Under the pieces are notes generated by a model. That model saw only the letters and a list, made by a program, of their open reading frames with translations. It made no database searches and had not been told where the DNA came from. From a virus (lineage: Duplodnaviria > Heunggongvirae > Uroviricota > Caudoviricetes), in the IMG/VR virus record IMGVR_UViG_3300047546_003009: DNA of 64,000 nucleotides. The stretch is one strand, 5' to 3'. Every line of letters begins with the position of its first letter. Position 1 is the first letter of the stretch. Made by a program: the position numbers and the translations under genes. Below are positions 26,849 through 36,550 of this stretch, one piece after another.

Positions 26849-27592
26849 TTAACCCACCATATCCATGACTGGTAATGAGAAGCTATCGATCATTTCTTTT
26901 TCCATCTCATCAAGTTTTGCTGTTGCATCGTCGTAAAGCTTCTGACCGTTAAATTGTACTCCACCAGGAAGCTGCATTCCTTCAAACTTAATTAAGTTTG
27001 AACCCCACTGCTGTTTAATAAGTTGTGTGCAGTAGTTTTGCAACCATCTATCGCCCCAAACATCAGTATAGGTTGTAGGGTCAACAATCTGATATGCTTG
27101 CACGACAATATAATCACCAACATTTACCTTTTCCCAATCCATATCAAGGTGGAGTGTGTTACGGTGACGATTGTAGCGGATAGGCTGCTTACCAACGAGC
27201 ATTTCCTGCAAGAACGCAATATGCTCCATGGCCATGTAGTATGGAATCATTGAAACACTGGTAAGCGTGTATAAATCGTTTAGAGCTATCTGATACCTAA
27301 TGTTAAACAGATCATCACTAGAAACTGCAGGATCACCAATAGGGAATAGGTGAACAGCACCAATCACATTATCGGGAAGTGTAATGTAGCGATCTGTTTT
27401 ATTTTGAGATGTTATTTGGTGTTTGTAATAAATCATCTCTGTGCCGTCAAAGTGGTAATCCCAGTAGTATTTTAACGCCTCGTCTATACGATCTTCAACC
27501 TGATCGTCATCAACGTTAATTTCAATAACTGGCTTACCAAGTTTTCTAAGGCAGTATTCTTTGAAGTCATTTCTTGTTGCAGGAACAGCCAT
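26849..27592 (-). CDS. gp13: Neck protein (head-tail adaptor)
   Basis: YCLRKLGKPVIEINV..DQVEDRIDEAL, QWGSNL.KF.GMQLPGG. Confidence 0.95.
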   Translation of the reverse strand: MAVPATRNDFKEYCLRKLGKPVIEINVDDDQVEDRIDEALKYYWDYHFDGTEMIYYKHQITSQNKTDRYITLPDNVIGAVHLFPIGDPAVSSDDLFNIRYQIALNDLYTLTSVSMIPYYMAMEHIAFLQEMLVGKQPIRYNRHRNTLHLDMDWEKVNVGDYIVVQAYQIVDPTTYTDVWGDRWLQNYCTQLIKQQWGSNLIKFEGMQLPGGVQFNGQKLYDDATAKLDEMEKEMIDSFSLPVMDMVG

Positions 27593-27620
27593 TTTCAGCT
27601 CCTAACCATTTCTCTCATGG

Positions 27621-27628
27621 TATTTATA
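27621..27628 (-). promoter_or_regulatory. Late promoter TATAAATA (gp13)
   Basis: Exact consensus upstream of gp13. Confidence 0.85.
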
Positions 27629-27644
27629 TACAACAAGAATACAC

Positions 27645-28349
27645 CTAATCCTCTAATTTATCGTTTCTTTTTGTAGTTCTACCATCAAATGGTCGGGCTT
27701 TTATCGTTGTATCCGTTTTATCAGACATTACATCATACGCATACAAACCCTGGTGTGTAATGTTGAATAGGTCAGCTCTCAGCATAATATCCAAAGGTGC
27801 ACATATACCCATTTTTATTACGTGGGAAATTAAATTTTTTGCCATGGCTGGGTCAATACTATATGCATGTGCTCTACAAATAAAGTGATAATTTGGTCCT
27901 TCAGAAGCGTGTGGTGGAATTGGATATATCTTCCAACCTTGTTGAGCCCACTCAGAACCACCAAGATAAACTATTGAATTGTAGCTTTGATGTTGCTCGA
28001 ATCTTTCAACCATAACAGTATCGTGCTCAAGAATTACAATTGGTTTATCAATCTTCGCACAGTGAACCCACAAACTAACGTGGCTCAGAGCACAAGCAAC
28101 CTCGCCCCTTGTTAAATAATGATCAGTAATTTTTAGCATGTTCATCACACTACAATCTTTACTGTGATCAGGAACAATTATTGGACTGTTTAAACCATTA
28201 TATGCATCCCACACTTTGTAAGGCATTCCAACACGTTTACACGATTCTTGACACTGTGCTGAATATTTTAGTGAATTATCGTTATTTTTTAGCGTTATAA
28301 TATACGCCGACTCAACGTTTATATCGTTACTTCTAAATAAGCTTAACAT
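27645..28349 (-). CDS. Glycosyltransferase, GT25-like
   Basis: AYIITLKN, GEVACALSH..LW..C, IVILEHD, AHAY.I, PLD. Confidence 0.8.
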   Translation of the reverse strand: MLSLFRSNDINVESAYIITLKNNDNSLKYSAQCQESCKRVGMPYKVWDAYNGLNSPIIVPDHSKDCSVMNMLKITDHYLTRGEVACALSHVSLWVHCAKIDKPIVILEHDTVMVERFEQHQSYNSIVYLGGSEWAQQGWKIYPIPPHASEGPNYHFICRAHAYSIDPAMAKNLISHVIKMGICAPLDIMLRADLFNITHQGLYAYDVMSDKTDTTIKARPFDGRTTKRNDKLED

Positions 28350-28951
28350 AGTTTCACAAATGCTGTTTGAAGCATGTCAGGTAACCAAATTGGTTTTACC
28401 TTATGCCAGTTACATTGAATAAAGTTCTCAATCGCAACACGTGGATTCATCTGGGCACTGTAAGTACCGTTATTATCTTTAAATCTCCACTCGGTTGCAT
28501 CATCACAGAGAATAACACCACCCACCTTCAACATTTTAAATGATAATACCAGGTCCATCAGAACGGCACTGGCAAAATGATCCCCATCAATGTATACAAA
28601 TTCGGGTTGAACATTCTGGTTGATAAGGTCAATTAACCCATCCTCAGATTTTTTCTTGATGTAGTGAATGTTTTTTGTCGAACATTGAGAAATGTTTTTT
28701 TGGAATCTTACCCCGGCCGCAGCCATGTCCTCATGAATATCTACACTATCACTGTGAGGATCAATTGCGTAAATGTCTAGATGGGGATTATACTGATGCA
28801 GAACATCACCCATCCAACACGTTGTGTAACCCTCATAGCATCCAATCTCAACAATGGTTGAGGGGATGCCAAACGTGTTTATGATGTGGGAAATGTTCTT
28901 TTGAGTGGATTCAGGATTAAATGCAACAGTAAACTCATAATTTTTGGTCAT
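28343..28951 (-). CDS. Class I SAM-dependent methyltransferase (Methyltransf_24-like)
   Basis: IVEIGCYEGYTT, YAIDP, FVYIDGDH, LKVGGVILCDD. Confidence 0.85.
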   Translation of the reverse strand: MTKNYEFTVAFNPESTQKNISHIINTFGIPSTIVEIGCYEGYTTCWMGDVLHQYNPHLDIYAIDPHSDSVDIHEDMAAAGVRFQKNISQCSTKNIHYIKKKSEDGLIDLINQNVQPEFVYIDGDHFASAVLMDLVLSFKMLKVGGVILCDDATEWRFKDNNGTYSAQMNPRVAIENFIQCNWHKVKPIWLPDMLQTAFVKLC

Positions 28952-30653
28952 TTAAAATTTTCTCAATTTCTTGCTCATACTCAGCTTTGCCATATCGGCC
29001 AGGTTTATGAACCTGGATCAACATAATCATACTTTGAGCAACATTATTAAAATGGTTAAGCGCGTACGTCAACTCTTCGTTTGTAATTTCTCCACGTTGA
29101 ATCTTGTGTTGCCACGGCGCTGTGTAAACAAACTGCGTATCACACACATTAATATCTATATCATGTTCAAAAGCAAGTGGTGAATCACTTTCTCCTGCTT
29201 GAATCCGTTGCATTGCTTTTTGCTGATCAAACAAATTAAATAATCCAAGTGTTATAAGATGTTTATGACCTGGATCATCTAAAGCAGTATCACATCTCCA
29301 GTGAGGAACTTGAATTTCCCAGATGGCACCATTTTCACTAACGCGATACATTTCTTTAATAGCATGAACTGGATCATCAAGATGTTCAAACACATCTTTA
29401 GCTACGATATGTGTGTAGGTGTTTTCATTCCAAGGCCAATCTTTATTGAGATCAACAACTTCATCTGGTTTGACTATTGGAGAAATATCAACGTTGTGAT
29501 AACCCTTAAACTTCTTTAATCCACAACCCAGATTGAGCTTTTTGGCTTCTTTATCTTCGTTAGGCATATCAATGTGTTCAAGATCATATGATTCTTCTAA
29601 GCACTCATATATTTCTTGAAATGGGTCATTCCACTTACCGTATGTTTTTTGCCTAAACAAAAGAGCTGATTCATAATACGGTGTTGTGGAAGATGAAGGA
29701 GCTTTAAACGTCCACGTATGGTATGGAAGACATGGAACAACAATCCATGTTGGTTTGCCCATCGCTGCCGAAAGATGTGCAATACTCGTGCAGCTTGTAA
29801 TAACAAGATCAAGGTTAGAAACTGCAGCAGCTGTATCTTCCCAGCTTAACAACATATGTTGCAAATCAATAATGCCTTCGGGAAGAGATACTGTGTTATG
29901 GTCTCTCTGCAAACTATAAAGCTGCAGTTCCTCGTACTTAACCAGATTTGTTATGAAGTTTGTTGGGAACCGTCTGAATTGCTGATGCTCAAACTTAGGA
30001 TTGCCTGCCCAACGGATACCCACCTTAATTTTATCTGAGTTAATTAAACTTTTCCAGATGTTGACAGATTCTTGTTTAGCAGAAATGTACGGTGCGCTGA
30101 TGAAATTTTCAAATGTGTGACCAGCAACCCACCCAGCACTAAAACCAGGTACCCAAAAATCATGTTCAACTGTGTGAGCTTGATTGCGAAGTATAACATC
30201 ATCAACACCAGGAACTCGCTTAAACAAGCTTACAAGCTCGGGGGCAGCTGCAAGATATACTTTAGAGGCACCTAGTGCTTTATAGCTTTGTGCAAATCTT
30301 GCGTGAATGATCTCATCACCAAAACCACCTTCAAGGCTGATGATAATGGATTTACCCTTTATATCATACTGAGCTGGATTGTATATTGGTGCTTTTGTTT
30401 TTAGTGGTGGACTACCATAGACGTTCAAAAACCTACCATTTTCTAAAAGCTGACATCCGTTCTGGTAGTCGCCATCCTGAATCATAAACCAGCCACGGTT
30501 AAAACAATGGCGCATCCAAATGTCTTCGGTGTTCTTACCAAATGGGTCTAGAACACCTTTAGGACCAAGTTTTTCGAGCTTGTCAGATATTGCTCTGGCT
30601 TGTTCGTGCTTGCCCTCAAGCTGCAACTGTAACATTAAATCTATATCATGCAT
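28935..30653 (-). CDS. Helical-repeat + GT-B (GT9-like) glycosyltransferase fused to a C-terminal SAM methyltransferase domain
   Basis: EGGFGDEI..ARF, VGIRWAGNP, SLQ, LDLVITSCTSIAHLSAAMGKP; then KLNLGCG, DISP, DVFEHL, W.IQVPH. Confidence 0.75.
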   Translation of the reverse strand: MHDIDLMLQLQLEGKHEQARAISDKLEKLGPKGVLDPFGKNTEDIWMRHCFNRGWFMIQDGDYQNGCQLLENGRFLNVYGSPPLKTKAPIYNPAQYDIKGKSIIISLEGGFGDEIIHARFAQSYKALGASKVYLAAAPELVSLFKRVPGVDDVILRNQAHTVEHDFWVPGFSAGWVAGHTFENFISAPYISAKQESVNIWKSLINSDKIKVGIRWAGNPKFEHQQFRRFPTNFITNLVKYEELQLYSLQRDHNTVSLPEGIIDLQHMLLSWEDTAAAVSNLDLVITSCTSIAHLSAAMGKPTWIVVPCLPYHTWTFKAPSSSTTPYYESALLFRQKTYGKWNDPFQEIYECLEESYDLEHIDMPNEDKEAKKLNLGCGLKKFKGYHNVDISPIVKPDEVVDLNKDWPWNENTYTHIVAKDVFEHLDDPVHAIKEMYRVSENGAIWEIQVPHWRCDTALDDPGHKHLITLGLFNLFDQQKAMQRIQAGESDSPLAFEHDIDINVCDTQFVYTAPWQHKIQRGEITNEELTYALNHFNNVAQSMIMLIQVHKPGRYGKAEYEQEIEKILNDQKL

Positions 30654-30678
30654 AATTGACCTCCTTCAAATCACCTAT

Positions 30679-30686
30679 TATTTATT
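30679..30686 (-). promoter_or_regulatory. Late promoter variant AATAAATA upstream of the GT/MTase cassette
   Basis: Core TAAATA overlapping the RCC1 stop, approx. 25 nt before the GT-B start; SD GGAGG follows. Confidence 0.55.
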
Positions 30687-33600
30687 ACTGTTTAATAGCT
30701 CCTGCAAATCCAGGACCAGCACTCACAGATATCCAGTTAGATGTTCCAACCTGCACTGGGCTTGAACGGTTAGATGTATCATTCAAACCAAGCTCACCAC
30801 TACTGTTCTGACCCCATGCATATAGTTTGTTTGTGTTGCTAATAGCATAAGAAGAGTTATTGGCTGCTGATATTTTTGTGTATGATAAAGCACCAACTTG
30901 TGCTGGACTGCTAAAAAGTACAGATGTATTTGCTGCAACACCAGCAGCCCAACCACCCCACCCCCACAGTGTTTGATCGGATTTTATTGCAAGCGAGTGA
31001 CTTTTTCCTGCAGACACCTGTGTCCAACTAGATGAATCGAGAAGAGTTGGTCTAGCTTTTATAATGTTAACAATTGAATTTGCACCAACCTGTACTGGAC
31101 TTGATCTTGTTACTGTGGAATTGTCACCTACCATACCACCTGCTCCAGAAAGTCCCCACAGATACATTTGGCCAGTAGTATCGATTGCCCCATTAACAAA
31201 AATGTGATTACCTGAAGAAATAAGATTTGACCAATTGCTTAGAGCTCCTATCTGCACAGGAGAAGACCTCAAACCATTAATTGCCCCATTAATACCCAAC
31301 TCTCCGTTTGGATTGGCACCCCAGGACCAGAGCGTGCCATCGGCTTTTACACCAACCATATTTGATTGAGCGACACTAACACTTGTCCAACTACTTGTTC
31401 CAACCTGAACAGGACTTGATCTATTAACTACTGTTCCACTACCCAACTGTCCACTACCATTAGAACCCCACGTAAACAGAGCTCCATCTGAGCGGATGGC
31501 AGCACTTGAATAGTTTGCATAAATTAAAGTCCAGCTTGACGTACCAATTTGTACTGGTGATGATTTGCTAGCAGCTGTATTGTCTCCCAACTCACCATTT
31601 ATGTTATAGCCCCATCCATATAGCTTGCTATTAACATCAAGAGCAAGAGCATGTTGATTGCCAGCTGAAACTTGACTCCAACTGCTTGTTCCAACTTGAA
31701 CAGGACTTGAGCGAAGAGTTGCATCATTTAATCCTAACTGGCCTTGATTGTTTTGTCCCCAAGCCCACAATCCTCCATCGCTCTTCACTGCCAGAGCAAA
31801 CGCACTACCAGCCGATATCTTTGTAAAACTAATACCGACCTGTACTGGACTTGATCTTGTTACTACATCACTCAGTCCCAACTGCCCATTACCATTCAAA
31901 CCCCAAGCAAAAAGAGCGCCGTCGTTTCGTATCGCGTACATGCTCGTATCGTATAGCGCAGCTTGTGTCCAACTAGCAATTCCTAGAGCTTGTGGAACGC
32001 TAACAGCTGTATTAATAGCAGCAATGGATACATCACCCAAAACACCATCGGTGTTATACCCCCACACAAATAGCTTACCATCGGAACGTATCGCTGCTGA
32101 GGACGATGCTCCAACTAATATCTGGCTCCAACTAAGTTCAGGTGATGTCAATAACCCAAGCTGAGCTGAAGGGTTTTTACCCCACACATAGAGCTTGCTT
32201 GTTGAATCAGTGGCAACAACATGGCTAGCGTTAACAGATACCTGATTCCATGATGATGGAATATTATTATTAAGCATTGACTGCTGGATTGCTGTTTGTA
32301 CAGGACCGTATTGATGTACCCCACCTGCAGAATTATCACCTAGTACATCCCCGTTTGTGTTTCTACCCCATCCATATAACCTACCAGAAGAGTCAACAGC
32401 AGCTGAATTATATTCAGCACCAGCAGCACTTGAATGTTTTGAATAGTCAACTAACGTCCAACTTGATGTTCCTATTTGAACTGGTGACGACTTTGTAATA
32501 ACAGTCCCATCACCCACTTCACCATACGCGTTGCTACCCCACGCCCACAGTGTACCATCCAGTTTTATACCAGCACCACTTAAATATCCTGCCGTTATGG
32601 AAGTCCAGCTAGATGTACCAACCTGTACAGGGCTTGAACGGTTGGTTACACCGTTCTGCCCAAGCCTGCCATTTGCACCAGCACCCCATGTAAATAAACC
32701 TCCATCACTACGAATTGCACCCATCCATACACCCAAGCCACCAATACTGACTTGTGTCCAGCTTGATGTTCCAATCTGAACAGGACTCGATCTAAAGCCA
32801 CCAACAGCTGTTGTTGTAAATTCACCAAGTGATCCAAAACCATTTGAACCCCAAGTAAACAGCCCTCCATCAGTTCTTATTGCAGCTGTTTGCGATGCGC
32901 CAGCAGCAACTGACGACCATGAAGAGGTTCCAATTTGAACAGGTGAGGATCTTGAAATAATTGATGAATCACCAACCTGACCCGATGTGTTTAATCCCCA
33001 ACCCCAAAGAGTACCGTCGCTTTTTACAGCTAGAGCATAGTTAGATCCAGCTGATATGCTGTTCCAAACACTGGTACCTATTTGTACAGGACTTGAGCGG
33101 TTTGTTGTCGATGCAAGATTTAAACCTAGCTGTCCGTTACCATTTGCACCCCACGACCACAGTGTACCATCGTAACGAATAGCCACAGTATAGCTCGCAC
33201 CACAACCAACATTTGTCCACGAATCTCCAACAGCTCCAACCTGCACAGGACTTGAACGAGAAACAGCCGTGCCATCGCCCAGCTGACCGGTTGTGTTAAA
33301 ACCCCACATAAACAAAGCACCGTCACTGCGAATTGCACCCGTAAACCCCCACCCCTTTGATATTTTTGTCCATGAAAGAGGCTTCACCTGGATAGGATAA
33401 CCTTTGGCCGATGACGTATAATCACCAAGCTGATTGTTAGTATTGTCACCCCACATAAATAACGTTTTCGTGGTAGTTATGGCAGCACTTGTGTTTCCCG
33501 AAGCACTTACAATAGTCCAGCTACTCGTTCCTATTTGACCCAAACTGTTTCTTTGAGGTAAAGGAGTTGTTAGCACAGGGGAGTTTCTTGCAGTTACTGT

Positions 33601-34998
33601 GTTGTCTGCTAACTGTCCATTACTGTTCAGCCCCCACATATACAAAGCAGTTCCAATCAAAGCCCCTGCACCGGCCCCCGTTGATTTTCCTCCAGAAACA
33701 CTTGTCCAACTTGATGTTCCTACTTGTGTGGGGCTTGATCTGGCTACAGTATCTCCCTGGCCAGGAGCTCCATTTGTACCGTTACCCCACGACCATAGTG
33801 TACCATCGCTGGTACGCCGAGCGTATATATTAGCACCGCCACAATCAACCTGAGACCAGCTTGATGTTCCAATCTGAACAGGGCTCGATCTGCTGGTAGT
33901 ATCGTTCTGTCCAAGCTGTCCAGAGCTATTAAATCCCCAAGCAAATAATCCACCATCAATCCGCAAAGCAGCAGAAAAAGATACACCTGCACTCACCTGT
34001 GTCCAACTGCTTGTTCCAAGTTGTGTTGGATTTGAAAGATTGGTCGCATTGTTGGTTCCCAAACCACCACCCGCTGCCTGACCCCAGACATATAACGCAC
34101 CAGTTGTTACTAAACCCAGGGAATGTGTTTGGCCAGTAGCTACCAGCGTCCAGCTTGATGTGCCTACTTGTACAGGACTTGACCTATTTGTTGACGAGTT
34201 ATCGCCCAGCTGACCAAGATCGTTTCGTCCCCAAGTAAATAAAGCACCAGTTGTTTTTATTGCTGCAGTGAATGATGAACTACAATAAACAGATGCCCAG
34301 TTTGTATCCGTACCTATTTGCACAGGACTTGAGCGAGAAACAACTGTACCATCACCCAGCTGACCAGTTGTGTTTAACCCCCAAGCCCACAGCGTGCCAT
34401 CACCGCGAATTGCTGCCACATGACCCCACCCAGCTGAAGCGTTTTTCCAGCTTGCAGTTCCAACCTGTACTGGTGAAGACCTTGTTATTGTAGCATCGTT
34501 AAGTCCTAACTCACCATTTGTGCTAGCACCCCACGTAAACATCACACCATCGGTTCTCAGAGCCACACTATGTGTGGTGCTTCTGCTCACTTGAGCCCAA
34601 TACTGATTGTATGTGGTAACTTCGCCCAGTTGTCCACCCGACCCAAGTCCTTGAGTCCACAATGTTCCGTCACTTTTCACAGCAAGCATGTGACTTGATC
34701 CAGCAGCCACAGCGTTCCATGAACCGCTTCCTAAAGAAACGGGGCTGCTTGAATAATAACTTGCTGGCAGCTGCCCCCATCCCCATAGCGTACCATCAGT
34801 TTTAATAGCCGCAGTAAAATTATCACCCGTAGCCAGTGCTGACCAACTAGAGGTTCCTACCTGGACGGGGCTTGATCTAGACGTTAACGTTGAGTCACCA
34901 AGTTGTCCTAGAGAGTTTGAACCCCACTGAAACAATGGACCAGTTGTTGGTCCTGCTGTGGTCTGTTGCTGTACTAAAGCGAGAAACTTAGCTAGCAT
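30685..34998 (-). CDS. RCC1/BLIP-II repeat beta-propeller protein (28 repeats), probable virion adhesin/receptor-binding protein
   Basis: 28 WG-centred repeats of approx. 50 aa (LxxWGxNxxGQLGxxxxxxRSSPVQIGTSSW), counted by hand. Confidence 0.9.
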   Translation of the reverse strand: MLAKFLALVQQQTTAGPTTGPLFQWGSNSLGQLGDSTLTSRSSPVQVGTSSWSALATGDNFTAAIKTDGTLWGWGQLPASYYSSSPVSLGSGSWNAVAAGSSHMLAVKSDGTLWTQGLGSGGQLGEVTTYNQYWAQVSRSTTHSVALRTDGVMFTWGASTNGELGLNDATITRSSPVQVGTASWKNASAGWGHVAAIRGDGTLWAWGLNTTGQLGDGTVVSRSSPVQIGTDTNWASVYCSSSFTAAIKTTGALFTWGRNDLGQLGDNSSTNRSSPVQVGTSSWTLVATGQTHSLGLVTTGALYVWGQAAGGGLGTNNATNLSNPTQLGTSSWTQVSAGVSFSAALRIDGGLFAWGFNSSGQLGQNDTTSRSSPVQIGTSSWSQVDCGGANIYARRTSDGTLWSWGNGTNGAPGQGDTVARSSPTQVGTSSWTSVSGGKSTGAGAGALIGTALYMWGLNSNGQLADNTVTARNSPVLTTPLPQRNSLGQIGTSSWTIVSASGNTSAAITTTKTLFMWGDNTNNQLGDYTSSAKGYPIQVKPLSWTKISKGWGFTGAIRSDGALFMWGFNTTGQLGDGTAVSRSSPVQVGAVGDSWTNVGCGASYTVAIRYDGTLWSWGANGNGQLGLNLASTTNRSSPVQIGTSVWNSISAGSNYALAVKSDGTLWGWGLNTSGQVGDSSIISRSSPVQIGTSSWSSVAAGASQTAAIRTDGGLFTWGSNGFGSLGEFTTTAVGGFRSSPVQIGTSSWTQVSIGGLGVWMGAIRSDGGLFTWGAGANGRLGQNGVTNRSSPVQVGTSSWTSITAGYLSGAGIKLDGTLWAWGSNAYGEVGDGTVITKSSPVQIGTSSWTLVDYSKHSSAAGAEYNSAAVDSSGRLYGWGRNTNGDVLGDNSAGGVHQYGPVQTAIQQSMLNNNIPSSWNQVSVNASHVVATDSTSKLYVWGKNPSAQLGLLTSPELSWSQILVGASSSAAIRSDGKLFVWGYNTDGVLGDVSIAAINTAVSVPQALGIASWTQAALYDTSMYAIRNDGALFAWGLNGNGQLGLSDVVTRSSPVQVGISFTKISAGSAFALAVKSDGGLWAWGQNNQGQLGLNDATLRSSPVQVGTSSWSQVSAGNQHALALDVNSKLYGWGYNINGELGDNTAASKSSPVQIGTSSWTLIYANYSSAAIRSDGALFTWGSNGSGQLGSGTVVNRSSPVQVGTSSWTSVSVAQSNMVGVKADGTLWSWGANPNGELGINGAINGLRSSPVQIGALSNWSNLISSGNHIFVNGAIDTTGQMYLWGLSGAGGMVGDNSTVTRSSPVQVGANSIVNIIKARPTLLDSSSWTQVSAGKSHSLAIKSDQTLWGWGGWAAGVAANTSVLFSSPAQVGALSYTKISAANNSSYAISNTNKLYAWGQNSSGELGLNDTSNRSSPVQVGTSNWISVSAGPGFAGAIKQ

Positions 34999-35503
34999 TT
35001 AGTTCTGGCCACGTGATATTGAATGGATCGGGTTGTTGAGTGATATCTGCAAGAGATTGCATATACAAATCAAGCTTTTGTATATCATCTGTTGGTGTTA
35101 ATCCTAAGCGGAGCTCACGATCATACCGTAGGTATCTCCAATCAGTATCTGCCATCATTGTATCTCTTTGATGGCGTACATAACTCCATTGATTTTCTAT
35201 GACAGCAGCTTGATCTGCAGCTATTTGTGCTTCTGTTCTTACTATTGCAGGTTGTTCAGGAATTGTTTCAACCTCAAAAGTTTCTCTAACACCATTACCA
35301 TCAAAAATATACTTCAGCTTACCCAGACGTTGGCCAGCACCATATTCTGGAACCTCTTGACGAATCTTATACCAACCAAGCGTGCTAAGATATGAATCTT
35401 CTGTAGAAAGGGTATAGAAGTTACTAATGTTTTTCCAGTTTTCTGGAAGCTGATCATAAACACCAACAATCTCACCATTTTCAATATATGCAAAATTAGC
35501 CAT
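34988..35503 (-). CDS. Tail fibre assembly chaperone-like protein
   Basis: C-terminal WSYVRHQRDTMMADTDWR...YMQSLADITQQ.DPFNITWP pattern of phage tail assembly proteins. Confidence 0.75.
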   Translation of the reverse strand: MANFAYIENGEIVGVYDQLPENWKNISNFYTLSTEDSYLSTLGWYKIRQEVPEYGAGQRLGKLKYIFDGNGVRETFEVETIPEQPAIVRTEAQIAADQAAVIENQWSYVRHQRDTMMADTDWRYLRYDRELRLGLTPTDDIQKLDLYMQSLADITQQPDPFNITWPELNAS

Positions 35504-35940
35504 TATAGATTCTGCCCTGCTGTAAATGCTTGCCAGTTAGTTCCACCATCGATGGTGAAAAATGCAAACACATCACGTTTATTGTTTGTTGATGTAAGTG
35601 TTGGTGCTGTTCCACTAGGCCATCTAAATGATGTTGGCCATGTAACAGAGCGAGCTGTCCCATCGGCCGTAAACATTAAAATGAAACTGGTAGATTGCCC
35701 AGCTCCAGATGGATAGCTGGAAAGCGTCAATGTAGTAACGGCACTATTGAGATTCACATTAAAGATCGAAGAGCTGCTAAGATTGATCGTTAATGTGCTT
35801 GCTGAGATAGCAACATTTGAATATTCCTCAGCATAGTTAGAAAGAAGGCTGAGAACACCAGTTACGGTTGCTGTGTTTGCTATAGTAGCGTTGCCAGAAA
35901 CAGTCAAGCCGTTTCTGACGATAAAGTCTTTGGTGGCCAA
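35503..35940 (-). CDS. Virion fibre adaptor-like protein, TTG start
   Basis: TKDFIVRNGL N-terminus; C-terminal RSVTWPTSFRWPSGTAPTLT...DVFAFFTIDGGTNW domain frequent in phage fibres. Confidence 0.6.
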   Translation of the reverse strand: MATKDFIVRNGLTVSGNATIANTATVTGVLSLLSNYAEEYSNVAISASTLTINLSSSSIFNVNLNSAVTTLTLSSYPSGAGQSTSFILMFTADGTARSVTWPTSFRWPSGTAPTLTSTNNKRDVFAFFTIDGGTNWQAFTAGQNL

Positions 35941-35967
35941 GGTTCACTATCCCCCTGTTGTTTTAGT

Positions 35968-35975
35968 TATTTATA
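35968..35975 (-). promoter_or_regulatory. Late promoter TATAAATA (adaptor-chaperone-RCC1 unit)
   Basis: Exact consensus; SD GGGGA downstream. Confidence 0.8.
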
Positions 35976-36542
35976 CTATCTCCACTTGGGACCATCAAAC
36001 CAAACAGCTAACGATCTTCTTAATCCTCGAGTCACAGGAAGCGCTGCGTGTGGTATAAACGAAGGGAAGAAAATAACAGTCCCTCGTTGTCGCAGTGCTT
36101 CTGGTATTGGTGGGGAAAGAGATAATTCATACAACTCTAAATCACCACCATCATACTCTGAAGGGTCCGACAACTGAACCACACAAGTAAGCTTTCTGTG
36201 ATAATATGGGTCGTTATTAATCCAAAAAACATCGTGGTGTTTTTTATATTCGCCCTGATCATCAGCTGAATATTCTGCTAGCTGAATATAATTCAGCTTT
36301 TGAATATGAAAACCAAACCACTCATCATTAGCCTGCAATGCCATCTTCCACAAGCTATCAAACAAATAGGTAAAAGTGCTATCTGTTTTTTGGATGAATC
36401 TGACTTTGCTTCGTCGATGTTGGTGATTGATGTTGCCTCCTGTTGTTCCATCCTGCACAGGAAGCTCCAACCCTTTTTCTATAATATAATCGCATTGCTC
36501 TGGTGTAAACGCAGAGCTAAAATAACACCACTCACCTCTCAT
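35976..36542 (-). CDS. 2OG-Fe(II) oxygenase (prolyl 4-hydroxylase-like)
   Basis: YKKHHD (HxD), RKLTCVVQLS, YDGGDL, FPSFIPH, VTRGLRRSLAVW. Confidence 0.9.
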   Translation of the reverse strand: MRGEWCYFSSAFTPEQCDYIIEKGLELPVQDGTTGGNINHQHRRSKVRFIQKTDSTFTYLFDSLWKMALQANDEWFGFHIQKLNYIQLAEYSADDQGEYKKHHDVFWINNDPYYHRKLTCVVQLSDPSEYDGGDLELYELSLSPPIPEALRQRGTVIFFPSFIPHAALPVTRGLRRSLAVWFDGPKWR

Positions 36543-36550
36543 GATGTTAT

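Noticed and set aside
30685-34998. RCC1 DNA repeats (e.g. acaggacttga) as a CRISPR array or DGR template/variable repeat
   Set aside because: Repeats are degenerate and codon-phased within one ORF; no reverse transcriptase, no A-specific mismatch pair, no cas genes
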